Shown here piece by piece: positions 1 to 10,600 of a stretch of 64,000 nt of DNA. This stretch comes from an uncultured candidate division Zixibacteria bacterium (GTDB taxonomy: Bacteria; Zixibacteria; MSB-5A5; GN15; PGXB01). Position 1 is the first letter of the stretch. Each line of letters opens with the position of its first letter. The stretch covers positions 2,560,001 to 2,624,000 of the forward strand of contig OY969724.1 in the NCBI GenBank assembly GCA_963702205.1, in the 5' to 3' direction. Both the position numbers and the translations under genes were made by a program. The notes under the pieces were generated by a model. That model made no database searches. It was given only the letters and a program-made list of their open reading frames with translations, and was not told the origin of the DNA.

Positions 1-3000
1 CGTCGGAGTTCAGGGTCAACCCGGTTGAGGCGAGGTCGCCGTTTTTGTCGGTAAACGTAAGTTCACCGGTGCCGCCCGTCGCGGCTATTGACTGCGAGAA
101 ATCAACGCCAACTGTCCAATCGGATAGAGCGTCGGTGGTAATTTCGATCGCGGGATTAATATCGAAACTAAGACTCTTTTCGCCGAGAGCCCCGAGGTCA
201 TCGGCAACTTCAACGGTGAAAGCTATGGTCCCGGTTTGAGTCGGGGTGCCAGAAATGGTACCGTCGGTACCGAGCGCCAATCCGGTCGGAACCAAGTCGT
301 CGTTTTTGTCCGAAAAGACGAGCGTGCCGGTGCCACCGGCAGCCACGATGGCCTGTGAGTAGGCCATATCGACGGTCCAGTCGGGCAGATCGGCCGTGGT
401 CACGCTAATCGCGGCGTTGATGGTCATGCTCATGGCCTTTTCGGAACTGGCGCCGACCTGATCGGTCGCCATGGCCGTGAAGTTAACCGGCCCTGCTGAA
501 GTCGGTGTTCCGGAAAGCACACCAGTGGCGGAAAGTGTCAAACCGGAGCCGTCAAGGGACGAAGTCTTATCGGACCAGTCTATGTCGCCGGTACCGCCGG
601 TGCAGATCAGCTGTTCGGAAAACGCCAGACCGGCCGTCCAGTCGGGAAGAGTGGTTGAGGTTATAACAATGGCCGGGTTGACCGTGAAGCCCAGGCCGGC
701 TTCATTGCCCGATCCAACCTGGTCAAACGCTTCCGCGGTAAAGCTGATAGCGCCATCGGAAGCGGGTGTGCCGGATAAGAGACCTCCGGCCGAAAGCGTC
801 AGACCCGTGCCGTCCAGATCGCCGTTCTTGTCGTTCCACGTAATCGCACCGGTCCCGCCGGAGGATTCCAGTTGTACGGACATTTCGTGTCCGGCCGTCC
901 AGTCGGGAAGAGTCGCGGTCGTAACTAGTACTCCGGCGTTGATAGTGAAGCTGAACGGTTTTTCCGCAGTCGCCTTGCTTTCATCAGCAACCTGAGCCGT
1001 GAAGCTGACGGTTCCGGCCGCGGCCGGTGTTCCGGACAGGAGACCGTCGGTCGACAGAGACAGTCCGGTTCCGGCGAGGTCGCCGTCTTTGTCGGTCCAG
1101 GTCATGGTTCCGACGCCGTTATTGGCGGTTAACTGCTGCGAATAAGCGATGCCTTCGGTCCAGTCGGGGACGGATTCGGTCGCGACTTCGAGCTGCGGAT
1201 TAACCTCGCAGGTATAAGCCGAAACTTCGACGTTGTCGATGTTCCAGCCGCAATACTGCCAGGAACCATCGCTCGTGCCCATCGTCCAGCGCAGATAGAC
1301 GGTCGGCTGGCCGTCAGCGTACGATGATATATCGAATTCAATCGGCACCCAGGCGCCGTCATAAATCGTGGCGTCGTTCTGCCAGATTGTCGTCCAGCTG
1401 GTACCGTTGGTACTGATGCGAACATAAGCGTGATCGTACAGCGGTTGCTCGACACCGAGCCAGCGCTGGAATTTAAGAGTGGTGCCGGCCATGCCGGAAC
1501 AATCGATAGCCGGGGTCGTAATGTGGCGCTCCGGCATATTGCTCTGGTAGTCGCCGTTTAAGTTGTAGCCCATGACGTTGCTGCCCTGATAGGCACTCGA
1601 CGGATCGGGACCACCGTGGTCGCCGCCCCCGCCGGTCGGAGTGCCGCGAGCCCAGGAGCCGCCTGACGATACCCAGCCCTGATCGGTTTCAAAATCATCA
1701 TAAAAGGCCATCGCGACGTCGGTCGCCACAACTGCCGAATAGCTGCTGCCGATATCGGGGTTATAATCTATCTGAGCGCTTTGAGTCTCGGCGCTGAAAT
1801 AAAAGCGGACGATGGTGTTGCAGTCCTGTCCGGGAATGATGGCGTCGTAATCGTCGGCGCCCGTGACAACCATCGGGACGCTCGTGAAGCTTCCGCCGTT
1901 AACCGAATAGTACAACAAACCCGAACCGGTTTGATGAACTTCGGCACCGATGCCCGTGACGTTTACCTGGACCGTTTCCGGACGGTTGGGATAGAGAATA
2001 CCCGGGAGACCGTTCGGGAAGGCAAAATCGAGCAGGTCGAGTTCGGGAGCGTCCATATTGTGGGCGCCGAATCCGGCTGCGATTTCATAATAGTGCGGTG
2101 TCCCGTTGGAAATGTTTCCATCGTTGTCGTCCAGAGTCAGGAAATCGATCGTGATCTGCGGCGTAATCTGGCTGCCGGTATGGAGCAGGATGCTGTTGAC
2201 AGTCAGGTTTTTCATTATGTCGAGATAATCGCGGATATTAGCGGCAACCAGCGCATTCCGGGTATCCCAGATACAGGCCGATAAAAGTTGCGCGCAGTCA
2301 TGATCATCGCTCGTGCAGGGGTACTGATAATTATTATCGGCCGTGCGCAGCGACTGGGTGCAGTTACCGTAGAAGCCCAGACCGAGTCGGTAGTCATCGG
2401 ACATCACGACCGACATGCAGTCACCCATACCCTCGCCGTACTGGCCCTGGCCGCTTCCGGCCATATTGACCAGGTGATGGCCATACTCATGGTGAATGAC
2501 CGACGACCAGGCGGTATTAGGATAGCCGCTTCCGGATTTGCACAAATTCAGAGACTCGTCGCCGGGATCGTACCAGGCGTTGCCCGGGCAATATCCGTCG
2601 GTGCGGTTGGTATAAACCGGGAATTCCGAAATGCTGGCACCGGGATAGGACGGATTGAAATGTACCACCATGCTGCGTTCGACATTGGCTTCATAATACG
2701 CATTTGTTTGCGCCCGCACGGTTTCGGAATTATTATCGGAGTTAAATGTGAACACAGCCGGGCCCGGGGGAGGGACAGTGTCGGTTAAAACCAGATCCGT
2801 GCCGGTATAATGGTATACACGGAAAAATTGTCCTCTAAGTTGGGCCTGAACGATAACGTCGCTCGTGCCGCCGTTGGGAATCGTGGCGTTGCCGTACTGG
2901 TCGGTATAGGCGGTCGTCCCGCCGATATTGACGCGCATGAACGGCAAACTTTTGGAGATTTCCGGTTCGCACTGCTCGGAACCGGGCATTTGTGTCACTA

Positions 3001-3790
3001 AACCATCGACGTTGGTTTCGACGTCTTCGAATATAATTAGATTTTCTTCATACAGAATTTCGCCGGTCTTGCTGTCGACGACAAACAGGTAGCGTTCCGG
3101 GAAGTCAGATGAACCGTTGAACTTGACCGCCATGCGCGGAGCTTCACGCTTGTCTTCGATTCCTGCCCAGATAACCGTCTCCTGTTCCGTGAAATCGGTT
3201 AGTGAAGTGTATCGCGCCCGGACCGCATCAAGAGCGACATTACTCTGGACACCGATCAGGCCGGGATCGGGCTGGAAGTCGCCCAGTTCATGAATGCTCG
3301 ACGACGCCAGTACCAGCGGGTAGTTGTTTTCGTTGCGAACCAAAAGGCGCAGTTCCGAACCGAAGACCGGAATGCCGTCTACTTCATGAGAATAGTAGTA
3401 CATCTCGAATTTGTAATCGCCGGTGGTTTCGTCGTACATCACCGGTTGATCGGCCCTTTTATCTCCCGTGCGGCTGCCAGGAACCAGGACGTCCGGCGTC
3501 ACGCCGAAAATGTCGGAATGTTCCTGAACGAATTGATTTGCGGTAGCTTCGGGTGATGAACCGTGACCGAAAGCCTGACCGTACAGCCGCGTCACCTGCG
3601 GGCCGGAACGAAAGGCCTTGACACCGGGGTTAGATTGTTTTAGCTCGTTGAGAGCGCGGGTTTTTTGATAGTTCGATGCATCGAAGGTTTTGCCCGATGT
3701 ATCGGCTATTGCTCCGGACGCAATCAGCACCGTCGCGATCAGAAGCAAACCCAGGGACCTGAGAAGTGCAATACCTCTTGTGGAATTCAT
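1..3790 (-). CDS. Secreted M4/M36-like (gluzincin) zinc metallopeptidase: signal peptide, propeptide, catalytic domain, MAM/adhesin-like jelly-roll, and at least 5 putative-Ig repeats; 3' end runs off the window
   Basis: Hand translation from ATG 3790 (GGAG upstream) gives MNSTRGIALLRSLGLLLIATVLIASGAIA. HEYGH at 2477-2491 and EGMGD at 2420-2434 are the zinc ligands. Repeats of ~87 aa ('TTxxLPDWT...GGTG.L...DK.G.L.GTGLTL...G.LSGTP') run from ~1190 to 1, and the frame at base 2-4 matches the start. Not in the ORF track, presumably because there is no stop inside the window. Confidence 0.9.
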   Translation of the reverse strand, partial: MNSTRGIALLRSLGLLLIATVLIASGAIADTSGKTFDASNYQKTRALNELKQSNPGVKAFRSGPQVTRLYGQAFGHGSSPEATANQFVQEHSDIFGVTPDVLVPGSRTGDKRADQPVMYDETTGDYKFEMYYYSHEVDGIPVFGSELRLLVRNENNYPLVLASSSIHELGDFQPDPGLIGVQSNVALDAVRARYTSLTDFTEQETVIWAGIEDKREAPRMAVKFNGSSDFPERYLFVVDSKTGEILYEENLIIFEDVETNVDGLVTQMPGSEQCEPEISKSLPFMRVNIGGTTAYTDQYGNATIPNGGTSDVIVQAQLRGQFFRVYHYTGTDLVLTDTVPPPGPAVFTFNSDNNSETVRAQTNAYYEANVERSMVVHFNPSYPGASISEFPVYTNRTDGYCPGNAWYDPGDESLNLCKSGSGYPNTAWSSVIHHEYGHHLVNMAGSGQGQYGEGMGDCMSVVMSDDYRLGLGFYGNCTQSLRTADNNYQYPCTSDDHDCAQLLSACIWDTRNALVAANIRDYLDIMKNLTVNSILLHTGSQITPQITIDFLTLDDNDGNISNGTPHYYEIAAGFGAHNMDAPELDLLDFAFPNGLPGILYPNRPETVQVNVTGIGAEVHQTGSGLLYYSVNGGSFTSVPMVVTGADDYDAIIPGQDCNTIVRFYFSAETQSAQIDYNPDIGSSYSAVVATDVAMAFYDDFETDQGWVSSGGSWARGTPTGGGGDHGGPDPSSAYQGSNVMGYNLNGDYQSNMPERHITTPAIDCSGMAGTTLKFQRWLGVEQPLYDHAYVRISTNGTSWTTIWQNDATIYDGAWVPIEFDISSYADGQPTVYLRWTMGTSDGSWQYCGWNIDNVEVSAYTCEVNPQLEVATESVPDWTEGIAYSQQLTANNGVGTMTWTDKDGDLAGTGLSLSTDGLLSGTPAAAGTVSFTAQVADESKATAEKPFSFTINAGVLVTTATLPDWTAGHEMSVQLESSGGTGAITWNDKNGDLDGTGLTLSAGGLLSGTPASDGAISFTAEAFDQVGSGNEAGLGFTVNPAIVITSTTLPDWTAGLAFSEQLICTGGTGDIDWSDKTSSLDGSGLTLSATGVLSGTPTSAGPVNFTAMATDQVGASSEKAMSMTINAAISVTTADLPDWTVDMAYSQAIVAAGGTGTLVFSDKNDDLVPTGLALGTDGTISGTPTQTGTIAFTVEVADDLGALGEKSLSFDINPAIEITTDALSDWTVGVDFSQSIAATGGTGELTFTDKNGDLASTGLTLNSD

Positions 3791-3940
3791 ACGTTTCTCC
3801 GGGTGTTTATTAATATGTTAGTTGATTATTTTTCTAAACAATAGCATCAGCCCTCAATGAGTCCCGAGCTTAATAATCCCCTCCGAATAAAGGGTCTGGC
3901 GAGTATCCAATCAATTCACGCAGGCCTTATAAGTTAGTAA

Positions 3941-3968
3941 AATATAATAAAATAGCTCGACATGTCAA
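3941..3968 (-). promoter_or_regulatory. Putative sigma70 promoter for the metallopeptidase gene
   Basis: Minus strand TTGACA (3963-3968), 16 nt, TATATT (3941-3946). The same layout recurs at 13124-13151. Confidence 0.55.
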
Positions 3969-4021
3969 CCTAAAATACAGTCCATTATGAGATTATAAAA
4001 CCGGTATTGCAACAAAAAAAT

Positions 4022-4054
4022 AAAAAAACGGCGACTAAATTGGTCGCCGTTTTT
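4022..4054. terminator. Intrinsic terminator (bidirectional form) after the carboxypeptidase gene
   Basis: ACGGCGAC-taaattg-GTCGCCGT stem flanked by A and T tracts. Confidence 0.85.
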
Positions 4055-4078
4055 ATTGCCTTTAGTGGGACCCAAAAA

Positions 4079-7000
4079 TCAAGGGCAGTTCGGAGCCGGA
4101 CCGGGCGGATCGGAATACACAAAATCGATCAGCCCGAGTATATCAAGAAGATTTACGAACCCATCGGCGTTTATGTCGGCGCTATCGACCGGATCAGGCG
4201 CTTCGCCCGGAGGATCTCCGTAAATATAATCTATTATATATAATATATCGAGCAGGTTGATGAAGGTATCGCCGGTGGCATCGCCGCAGATGAAGGACAC
4301 ATCAACGGCTACGTCGAAAGCGCGTGCATCCGAGCTTCCCACCTGATCACCGGCCAACGCGGTGAAATTGATCGTTCCCGTCGCCAGCGGGGTTCCGGAC
4401 AAAAGACCTTCCGTTGACAAGGCAAGCCCGGTGCCATCAAGGTCGCTGGTAAGATCCAGCCAGGTAATCGTCCCGGTGCCACCGGAAGACGTCAGTTGAT
4501 AGCTGAATGTTTCACCAACGACGGCCGAAGGGATATCAGCCGTGGTTATAGCGACCGGATCATTCAAGGTGAAGCTGCAAGCGGCCTGATCGACACTGCC
4601 GTTGGCGTCGGTGACGCGTGCAATGAATCCGGCTGGGCCGGAACTGGTGGGAGTCCCGGAAAGAAGCCCGTCGCCCGAGAGGCTCAAACCGTAAGACGAC
4701 AGCACACCGGTTTTATCATCCCAAACCAACGGGGCTGTCCCGCCGAGTGCATCGAACTGCACCGAAAGCGCCACGCCCCGGGTCCAATCGGGCACGTCGG
4801 CCGAAGCAACCGAAACCGGCGCATTCACCTTTACGGAAAGAGCTTTTTCCGTCGATGCCCCGGGAACGTCACTTACGACCGCCGTAAAATCGATCGTCCC
4901 GGTCGACGTCGGCGTCCCGGAAATCAAACCGGAAGAGCTTAGAGTTAATCCGCTCCCGGCCAATTGGCTGAATTTATCGCCCCAGGTTTTGGTCCCGGTT
5001 CCGCCGCTGACTTCCAGTTGAAGTGAGTACGGCGATGACTGAGTCGCTTCCGGAAGACTGCTCGGAGTGATTATGGTCAGCGCGTTATTTATGGTGAAGT
5101 TGAACGGCTTTTCACCGGCGGTGCTTTCTTCGTCGACGACTCTGGCGGTGAATGAAATCGGACCCGCTGAGGTGGGTGTCCCCGACAACAGGCCGGACGT
5201 ACTCAACGTCAATCCTGTGCCGGCCAGGCTGCCGTTCTTATCGGTCCAGGTCAATGCCCCGGCGCCACCGTCGGCTTCCAGTTGCTGCGAATACGCTACA
5301 TTGACGGTCCAGTCGGGGAGACCTGGCGTCGTGATCGTAATCGACTTCTGATTGGGCGGGAAGACAACTTTGTCCACCCAGGCACAGTCGCTGCCCGACG
5401 ATGAATAGCTGTCTTTGATATATACCCATTTGAAGGTGTACGTCCCGGGAGAAACATCAAATGATGCTCCGGTCCAGCCGACCTCTCCGGACCATTGTCC
5501 CTTGAGAGTACTGTTTATGTAGAACTTGAAATAATCCCAGCCTAATTCGGACGAAACTTTATAATGGAAAGATATCGAACCGGCGGCGGTTACATCAACC
5601 GTAATCTGCATCGTGGAGGTTTGATTATCGCCAATTGTTCCGGACTTGGCGCAGTACGTACCTTCATACGGCGCTTCGGTGACGACCTGCCAGGGCAGGT
5701 TTCCGGCCGATTGCCAGGAGTACGCCGAGAAATCGCCGGTCTCGAAATTCTCGACCGACTGCCCGACAAACAGGCTGAAATAAATAGTCTCGCTGTAACC
5801 GAGATCGGCGGTGACGTCGAGTCTGAAAGTCACTTCATGATACAAGGGGCAGGAGGAAGAAACATCAAATGCAAATACAGATTGCGACGTTCCGGTTCCG
5901 CCGAGGGCTTGTATCGCGGGGAAGGTCGTTCCGTCCTGATTTATGGTAATGTACGGGTCGGTAGTGGAAATTGTCGCGCTCGTATTGGTCGCATTGCCGG
6001 CGCCATTGTTGACAAGAGTTACATCGATCTGGACATTAATATCGCCGGGGTTGATATCGGGTCCGGAGTACGACAGGTATGCCAAGTCGGGCAGTATGGG
6101 AAGCGGCGTGAGAGCTTCGTTGACGTGGACTGCTGTGAAATCGGTTACCGAAATCGAATACACCGTGTCGACATAATAACCGGGAGCGGAATATTCAATA
6201 TTGTACGTTCCCGGATCGATCATACGGTGATAATCACCGACCGCGGCGTCGCTGTATACTTCGCTCGAATCGAAATCGTGGCCGAGAAGTCGGACTTTGG
6301 CGCGAAGCGGATTGCCGGTCGAGGCGTCGGTGATGATACCCCGGATTCCGTAAAGCGCATTTTCCAGATAATTCAGTAGTGCCGAACGGTTGTAGGTCCA
6401 AAACGATGGCAGTTGGGAACCCGAAGGCAGCTTGGTCGTCGAAATTTCGAGTGTAATTTCTTTGCAGTGATGCCAGTAGTTCATGAAATCCTGCCGACCA
6501 CCCGTTATAGTGTACCACGCGTAGCCGTTGGTAATACCGTTGTTAAGATCGGTCAGATAGCCGCTGGGGCTGTAATGTTGCGCCGTGTCGGCGTAATTCC
6601 GGCAGATATCCATATACCAGCTGTTATCGGCGTGCAGCTTGGAATAAGTATCCCAGGGGTAATTCAAAACTTCGGCGCCCCCGTGGAAATTCGTCGAAAT
6701 AACGAAATTATGATTATCGGCAACGTTCATCATGACAACCGTCTCCGGCTGCCAGGCGTAACCATCGGGATGCTGACCGTCGTCGGGGTCAGGAAAATTC
6801 CTGTTTAAATCGATGCTATTGGCATTATAGCGCTGGGCGCTGCCGACAGTGCTGTTGCCTCCGTGATAAGTACCATCCGGATTAGCCAGCGGATTGATCC
6901 AGATTTCGCAGCTGTCGATGAGGCGGGTCACCAGCGAATCGGAGCCATAACTTGTCAGCAGGGAATCGATCAGGCGGAGCATTAATACATACGCAGTGAT

Positions 7001-7492
7001 TTCATCGCCGTGCATGGAACTGGTGTACATCACTTCCGGCTCGTCTTCATTGACATCGACGTTGTCCGAAATGACGGCGAAAATTATCTGTCGGCCTTCG
7101 GTCGTGTACCCCGCATATTCGAGACGGCAAAGGTCAGGATAATTCGAAGCGAATTGAGACATCATGGCTTCGTACCCGTCGTAGGTCGGGTAGGAGTCCC
7201 AGGCCATTATGTCGGACTTTTCAGACGACATCTTCGGTTTTATCAAAGAACTCGGGGGCGGCAGGGTCGTATAGGTGTACCCCAGCGATTCGAATCTTCT
7301 CAATTCTTCATCGTTGGCGTACGCGTAGACCGTCTTGTCGACCACATTATCGATGGATATGACGCGGGTAAGGAGCTCCAGTTCGTCATGGGATGTAATG
7401 TTAAACTTGAAATATGTCTCTTTGGCCGACGCGGTCGTGGCAAGAACGGCCAGAGACATAATGACCAGCAATAGTATTGCGTTTTTTTTCAT
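4079..7492 (-). CDS. Secreted M14 (carboxypeptidase D/E-like) zinc carboxypeptidase with regulatory-like beta domain, CARDB-like and MAM-like domains, 4 putative-Ig repeats and a C-terminal dockerin-like domain
   Basis: Signal peptide; MHGDE, DLNRNFPD, NFHGGA..NYPWD, GG.QD.MNY and ITLEIS motifs; LPDWT repeats; duplicated 'GD..GD..INLLDIL..ID..Y.DPPG' at the C-terminus. Confidence 0.93.
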   Translation of the reverse strand: MKKNAILLLVIMSLAVLATTASAKETYFKFNITSHDELELLTRVISIDNVVDKTVYAYANDEELRRFESLGYTYTTLPPPSSLIKPKMSSEKSDIMAWDSYPTYDGYEAMMSQFASNYPDLCRLEYAGYTTEGRQIIFAVISDNVDVNEDEPEVMYTSSMHGDEITAYVLMLRLIDSLLTSYGSDSLVTRLIDSCEIWINPLANPDGTYHGGNSTVGSAQRYNANSIDLNRNFPDPDDGQHPDGYAWQPETVVMMNVADNHNFVISTNFHGGAEVLNYPWDTYSKLHADNSWYMDICRNYADTAQHYSPSGYLTDLNNGITNGYAWYTITGGRQDFMNYWHHCKEITLEISTTKLPSGSQLPSFWTYNRSALLNYLENALYGIRGIITDASTGNPLRAKVRLLGHDFDSSEVYSDAAVGDYHRMIDPGTYNIEYSAPGYYVDTVYSISVTDFTAVHVNEALTPLPILPDLAYLSYSGPDINPGDINVQIDVTLVNNGAGNATNTSATISTTDPYITINQDGTTFPAIQALGGTGTSQSVFAFDVSSSCPLYHEVTFRLDVTADLGYSETIYFSLFVGQSVENFETGDFSAYSWQSAGNLPWQVVTEAPYEGTYCAKSGTIGDNQTSTMQITVDVTAAGSISFHYKVSSELGWDYFKFYINSTLKGQWSGEVGWTGASFDVSPGTYTFKWVYIKDSYSSSGSDCAWVDKVVFPPNQKSITITTPGLPDWTVNVAYSQQLEADGGAGALTWTDKNGSLAGTGLTLSTSGLLSGTPTSAGPISFTARVVDEESTAGEKPFNFTINNALTIITPSSLPEATQSSPYSLQLEVSGGTGTKTWGDKFSQLAGSGLTLSSSGLISGTPTSTGTIDFTAVVSDVPGASTEKALSVKVNAPVSVASADVPDWTRGVALSVQFDALGGTAPLVWDDKTGVLSSYGLSLSGDGLLSGTPTSSGPAGFIARVTDANGSVDQAACSFTLNDPVAITTADIPSAVVGETFSYQLTSSGGTGTITWLDLTSDLDGTGLALSTEGLLSGTPLATGTINFTALAGDQVGSSDARAFDVAVDVSFICGDATGDTFINLLDILYIIDYIYGDPPGEAPDPVDSADINADGFVNLLDILGLIDFVYSDPPGPAPNCP

Positions 7493-7595
7493 AAATTCAA
7501 CCCTGCCTGCTGTTAAGTCATAGTTCGGTCAAAGCTCCGGATTATTTATGTCCCTCCTTTACGTACCTACCACAGAATTCCGGGGCAAAGGCAAA

Positions 7596-7622
7596 GCGGG
7601 GGACGATCGTTCCGTCCCCCGC
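7596..7622 (-). terminator. GC-rich hairpin after the C25 gene (weak terminator or processing stem)
   Basis: GCGGGGGACG-atcgttc-CGTCCCCCGC, followed on the minus strand by only a short TTTG. Confidence 0.6.
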
Positions 7623-7635
7623 GCGTTATTCCAAA

Positions 7636-10600
7636 TTACGGGCAGATGAATTCACCCGTATCGTTATATATCACTCCGATTATGGTCAAAATATCAACCA
7701 GGTCAACGTGGCCTGAGGCATCGACGTCAGCGGCATCCATGACCGGCGGGGCATCTCCCGGAGGATCGCCGTACAGAAAGTCGATCAGGTACAGGATATC
7801 AATCAGATTGATTTCCGGCGTACCGCTGCCGTCCACGTCACCACAAATCCAGGAGTCGCCGATGGTCATCGTGACCGGAATGGCATGCATCGGATTGGCG
7901 GGATCGTTCGACGAGATTTCGATCTGGCCGGTAAACGTACCATAATCGAGCTCCGCCGCGTCAAGCGTGATTTCGAGCGAAGTGTTCGAATACGGAGCGA
8001 TGGAACCTCCGCGAGGCTGAACGTCGAGCCAACCACCGGCCGTGATATGTACAGCCAAGTCGTTATGCATGTATGCGGCATTCTTAACGATAACCAGATG
8101 ATCGGTTCCATCAAAATTCTTGAGACCGACCGAGGCTCCTTCGAGATTGTCGACGCCGGGATCCATCGCGGCATACTGCATCGTGATCTTGCCGCTGGGA
8201 TAGAGTATGGCCTGGCAGTTAAGACTGCCGGTGCCGTCCGGGAAGGCATAGTTTCTGATATCGGAATAGGTAACCACGAAATATCCGTTGGCGGCGTCAT
8301 AATAGTAAAATATGTTGCCTCCTTTGCGCGGATCGAGGTCATCCCACCACAGGGCGAGAATATCGTTGGGAGCGTTCAGAGAGTCGATATTATCATTGCT
8401 TCTCGAAGTCGTTCCGGCTCCGAACGAAATGACGCCGTTCGAGGACACGTACAACTGAGTGTAAACGTTATCATAGAACGGGAAAGCGAAGCCGATATCT
8501 ATCGGTCCCGCAAAACCATCGTCACCGAGGGCATCAGGACCGGCCTGAATATCAGTGCCTGAAGCGGATATATCCACCCACGAATAAGGCGTAGCCTGCG
8601 GATCGTCGGAGTCGACCCAGTTGTGACCGAACGCGTCGGGTCCGCCGTTCGATTTATCCTGCGGCGCATAAATGGGCTCCATGGTGCCGCCGTCTTTATC
8701 GGCGTCCATGAGTTTAAATCCGATCGGCTGGCGCTCGGTCTCGGTTGCCACCGTAACCGGAACGGTCCGTCCATTTTTGCTATACATGACGCATCCGACC
8801 GTATAAACCAGCGCACCGGGACCGCTGTTGTCGATACCGATGGGGAAGGTTCCCGATTCACCGATGGCAATCGTCTCGTCCAGAGTCAGCATGTCAACCG
8901 TCATGGTTGGAGCATATATGTTCAGTGTGACGGGAATATTGCCTTCGAGATCGTCGGGGTCGTTGGACGTATACGAAAGATTGCCGCTATATACGCCCGG
9001 AGCCAAACCGGCCGAATTGAAGGTCAGATCAAAATCAAGATTGCCTGACGGGGCGATCACATTTTGATCGGCATTGAATTCCAGCCAATCCACGTCGGAG
9101 CTGAACTGGATTTTTAGAGTTCCCTGGCCGCCGTTGTCGATGGCCAGAGCGGCCGCCGAAGTCTGATCGGGATCGAGGCTGTCGGCGATCGGTTCGTGGC
9201 TGAAGGCACTCTGCGGCGGGAAAACGTGCAGGCTGACCGGAACCGACCCGGACAAATGAGCCGGATCGTTGGTTTCATAATTCAGGGCACCGTTATAGTC
9301 ACCCGTGCACATGGTATTCGTGTTTATCGTGAACGCAAAGTCTGCCGAACCACCGGGTTGAATGTAATTGAACCCGGTATAGTGCTGCAGCCAGGAACAT
9401 TCTTCCGAAAGGAATTTGACTTTGAGACGTCCGTCGCCGCTGTTGTCGATATGGATGGTGTGTTCGACCGAAGCATCAATATCCATGCTCTCTTCAAAGC
9501 TGCTGGTACCCATGGCCATGGCGGGTGTGCCGGTCGCCTGGTTGTAGCCTTTGATGACGATATCGTCGATATTCCATCCGCACAGTTGTACGGAGCCGTC
9601 GGTCGAACCGAGACCGAAACGAATTCTGAAATCGGGATTGTCATCGGCATACTCGGTTAGATCATAGAAGGATTCCAGCCAGTTTTGTTCATCAAGGGTC
9701 GTGGAAGCATTTTCGAACATCGAAACCCAGCTGGTTCCGTCATAAACCTGGAAATAAGCATGGTCGTAAGTTGAACTTTCAATACCCAGCCAGTGCCAGA
9801 ATGTAATTTGAACGCTGGAATAATCGGAACAGTCTATTATCGGCGACGTCACCCATTGGGTGCCGCTGAGACCGCTGCTATAATCGCCGTCACCCGCCGT
9901 CAGATCGTTACCGAGCACCATATTGTCTTCGGTTGCACTGTGATCCGAGGCAGGATCGGGTCCGCCGTTGGAATCGCCGCCGGGGCCGCCATTGGGCACG
10001 CCCCGCGTCCACTCGGCCGAGCCGTTGAATCCCGTCCAGCCCTGATCGGATGAAAAATCATCGGTAAAGAGCGGTTCGCGGTCACCGACTATTATGCTAA
10101 ACTGCGTGACATAAAAGTAGTTACCGGCGCCGGTTATGGTCAGGTCAAACGTCATTTCATAACCCATGGGGCACGTCTGATCAGCCGAGACACTGAACAC
10201 ATCGCCCGCGTTATCGCCGGTGCCGCCGGCCGAATCTATCAAACCGATAAAACCGTAATCATCGGCGATTGTCCCATAGGGATCGGTTTCGGAGAGGCTG
10301 ACGGCAACATCCGAGGCCTGTCCCGAACCGACGTTTTGCATGGTCACGACAAGCTCGCCCGACTCACCGGGATCGAGAATACCGTTACCGTTGCCTCCGA
10401 CGTCGGCCACGTTGACCGATACGAACTGCATGTTCGGGGCGTGGGCCGTCAGATTGAAATTGGTCACCCAGGTCGTATCCCATTTATCCGTTCCGTAGAG
10501 TTCGAGCGAGAAAGTCAATTTGTGTTTATCGGGAACGGACGAGGCGACTTTGAAACTGAATGCGTCGGCGATATACTTCGTGCCGAAGTTACCTTCGATC

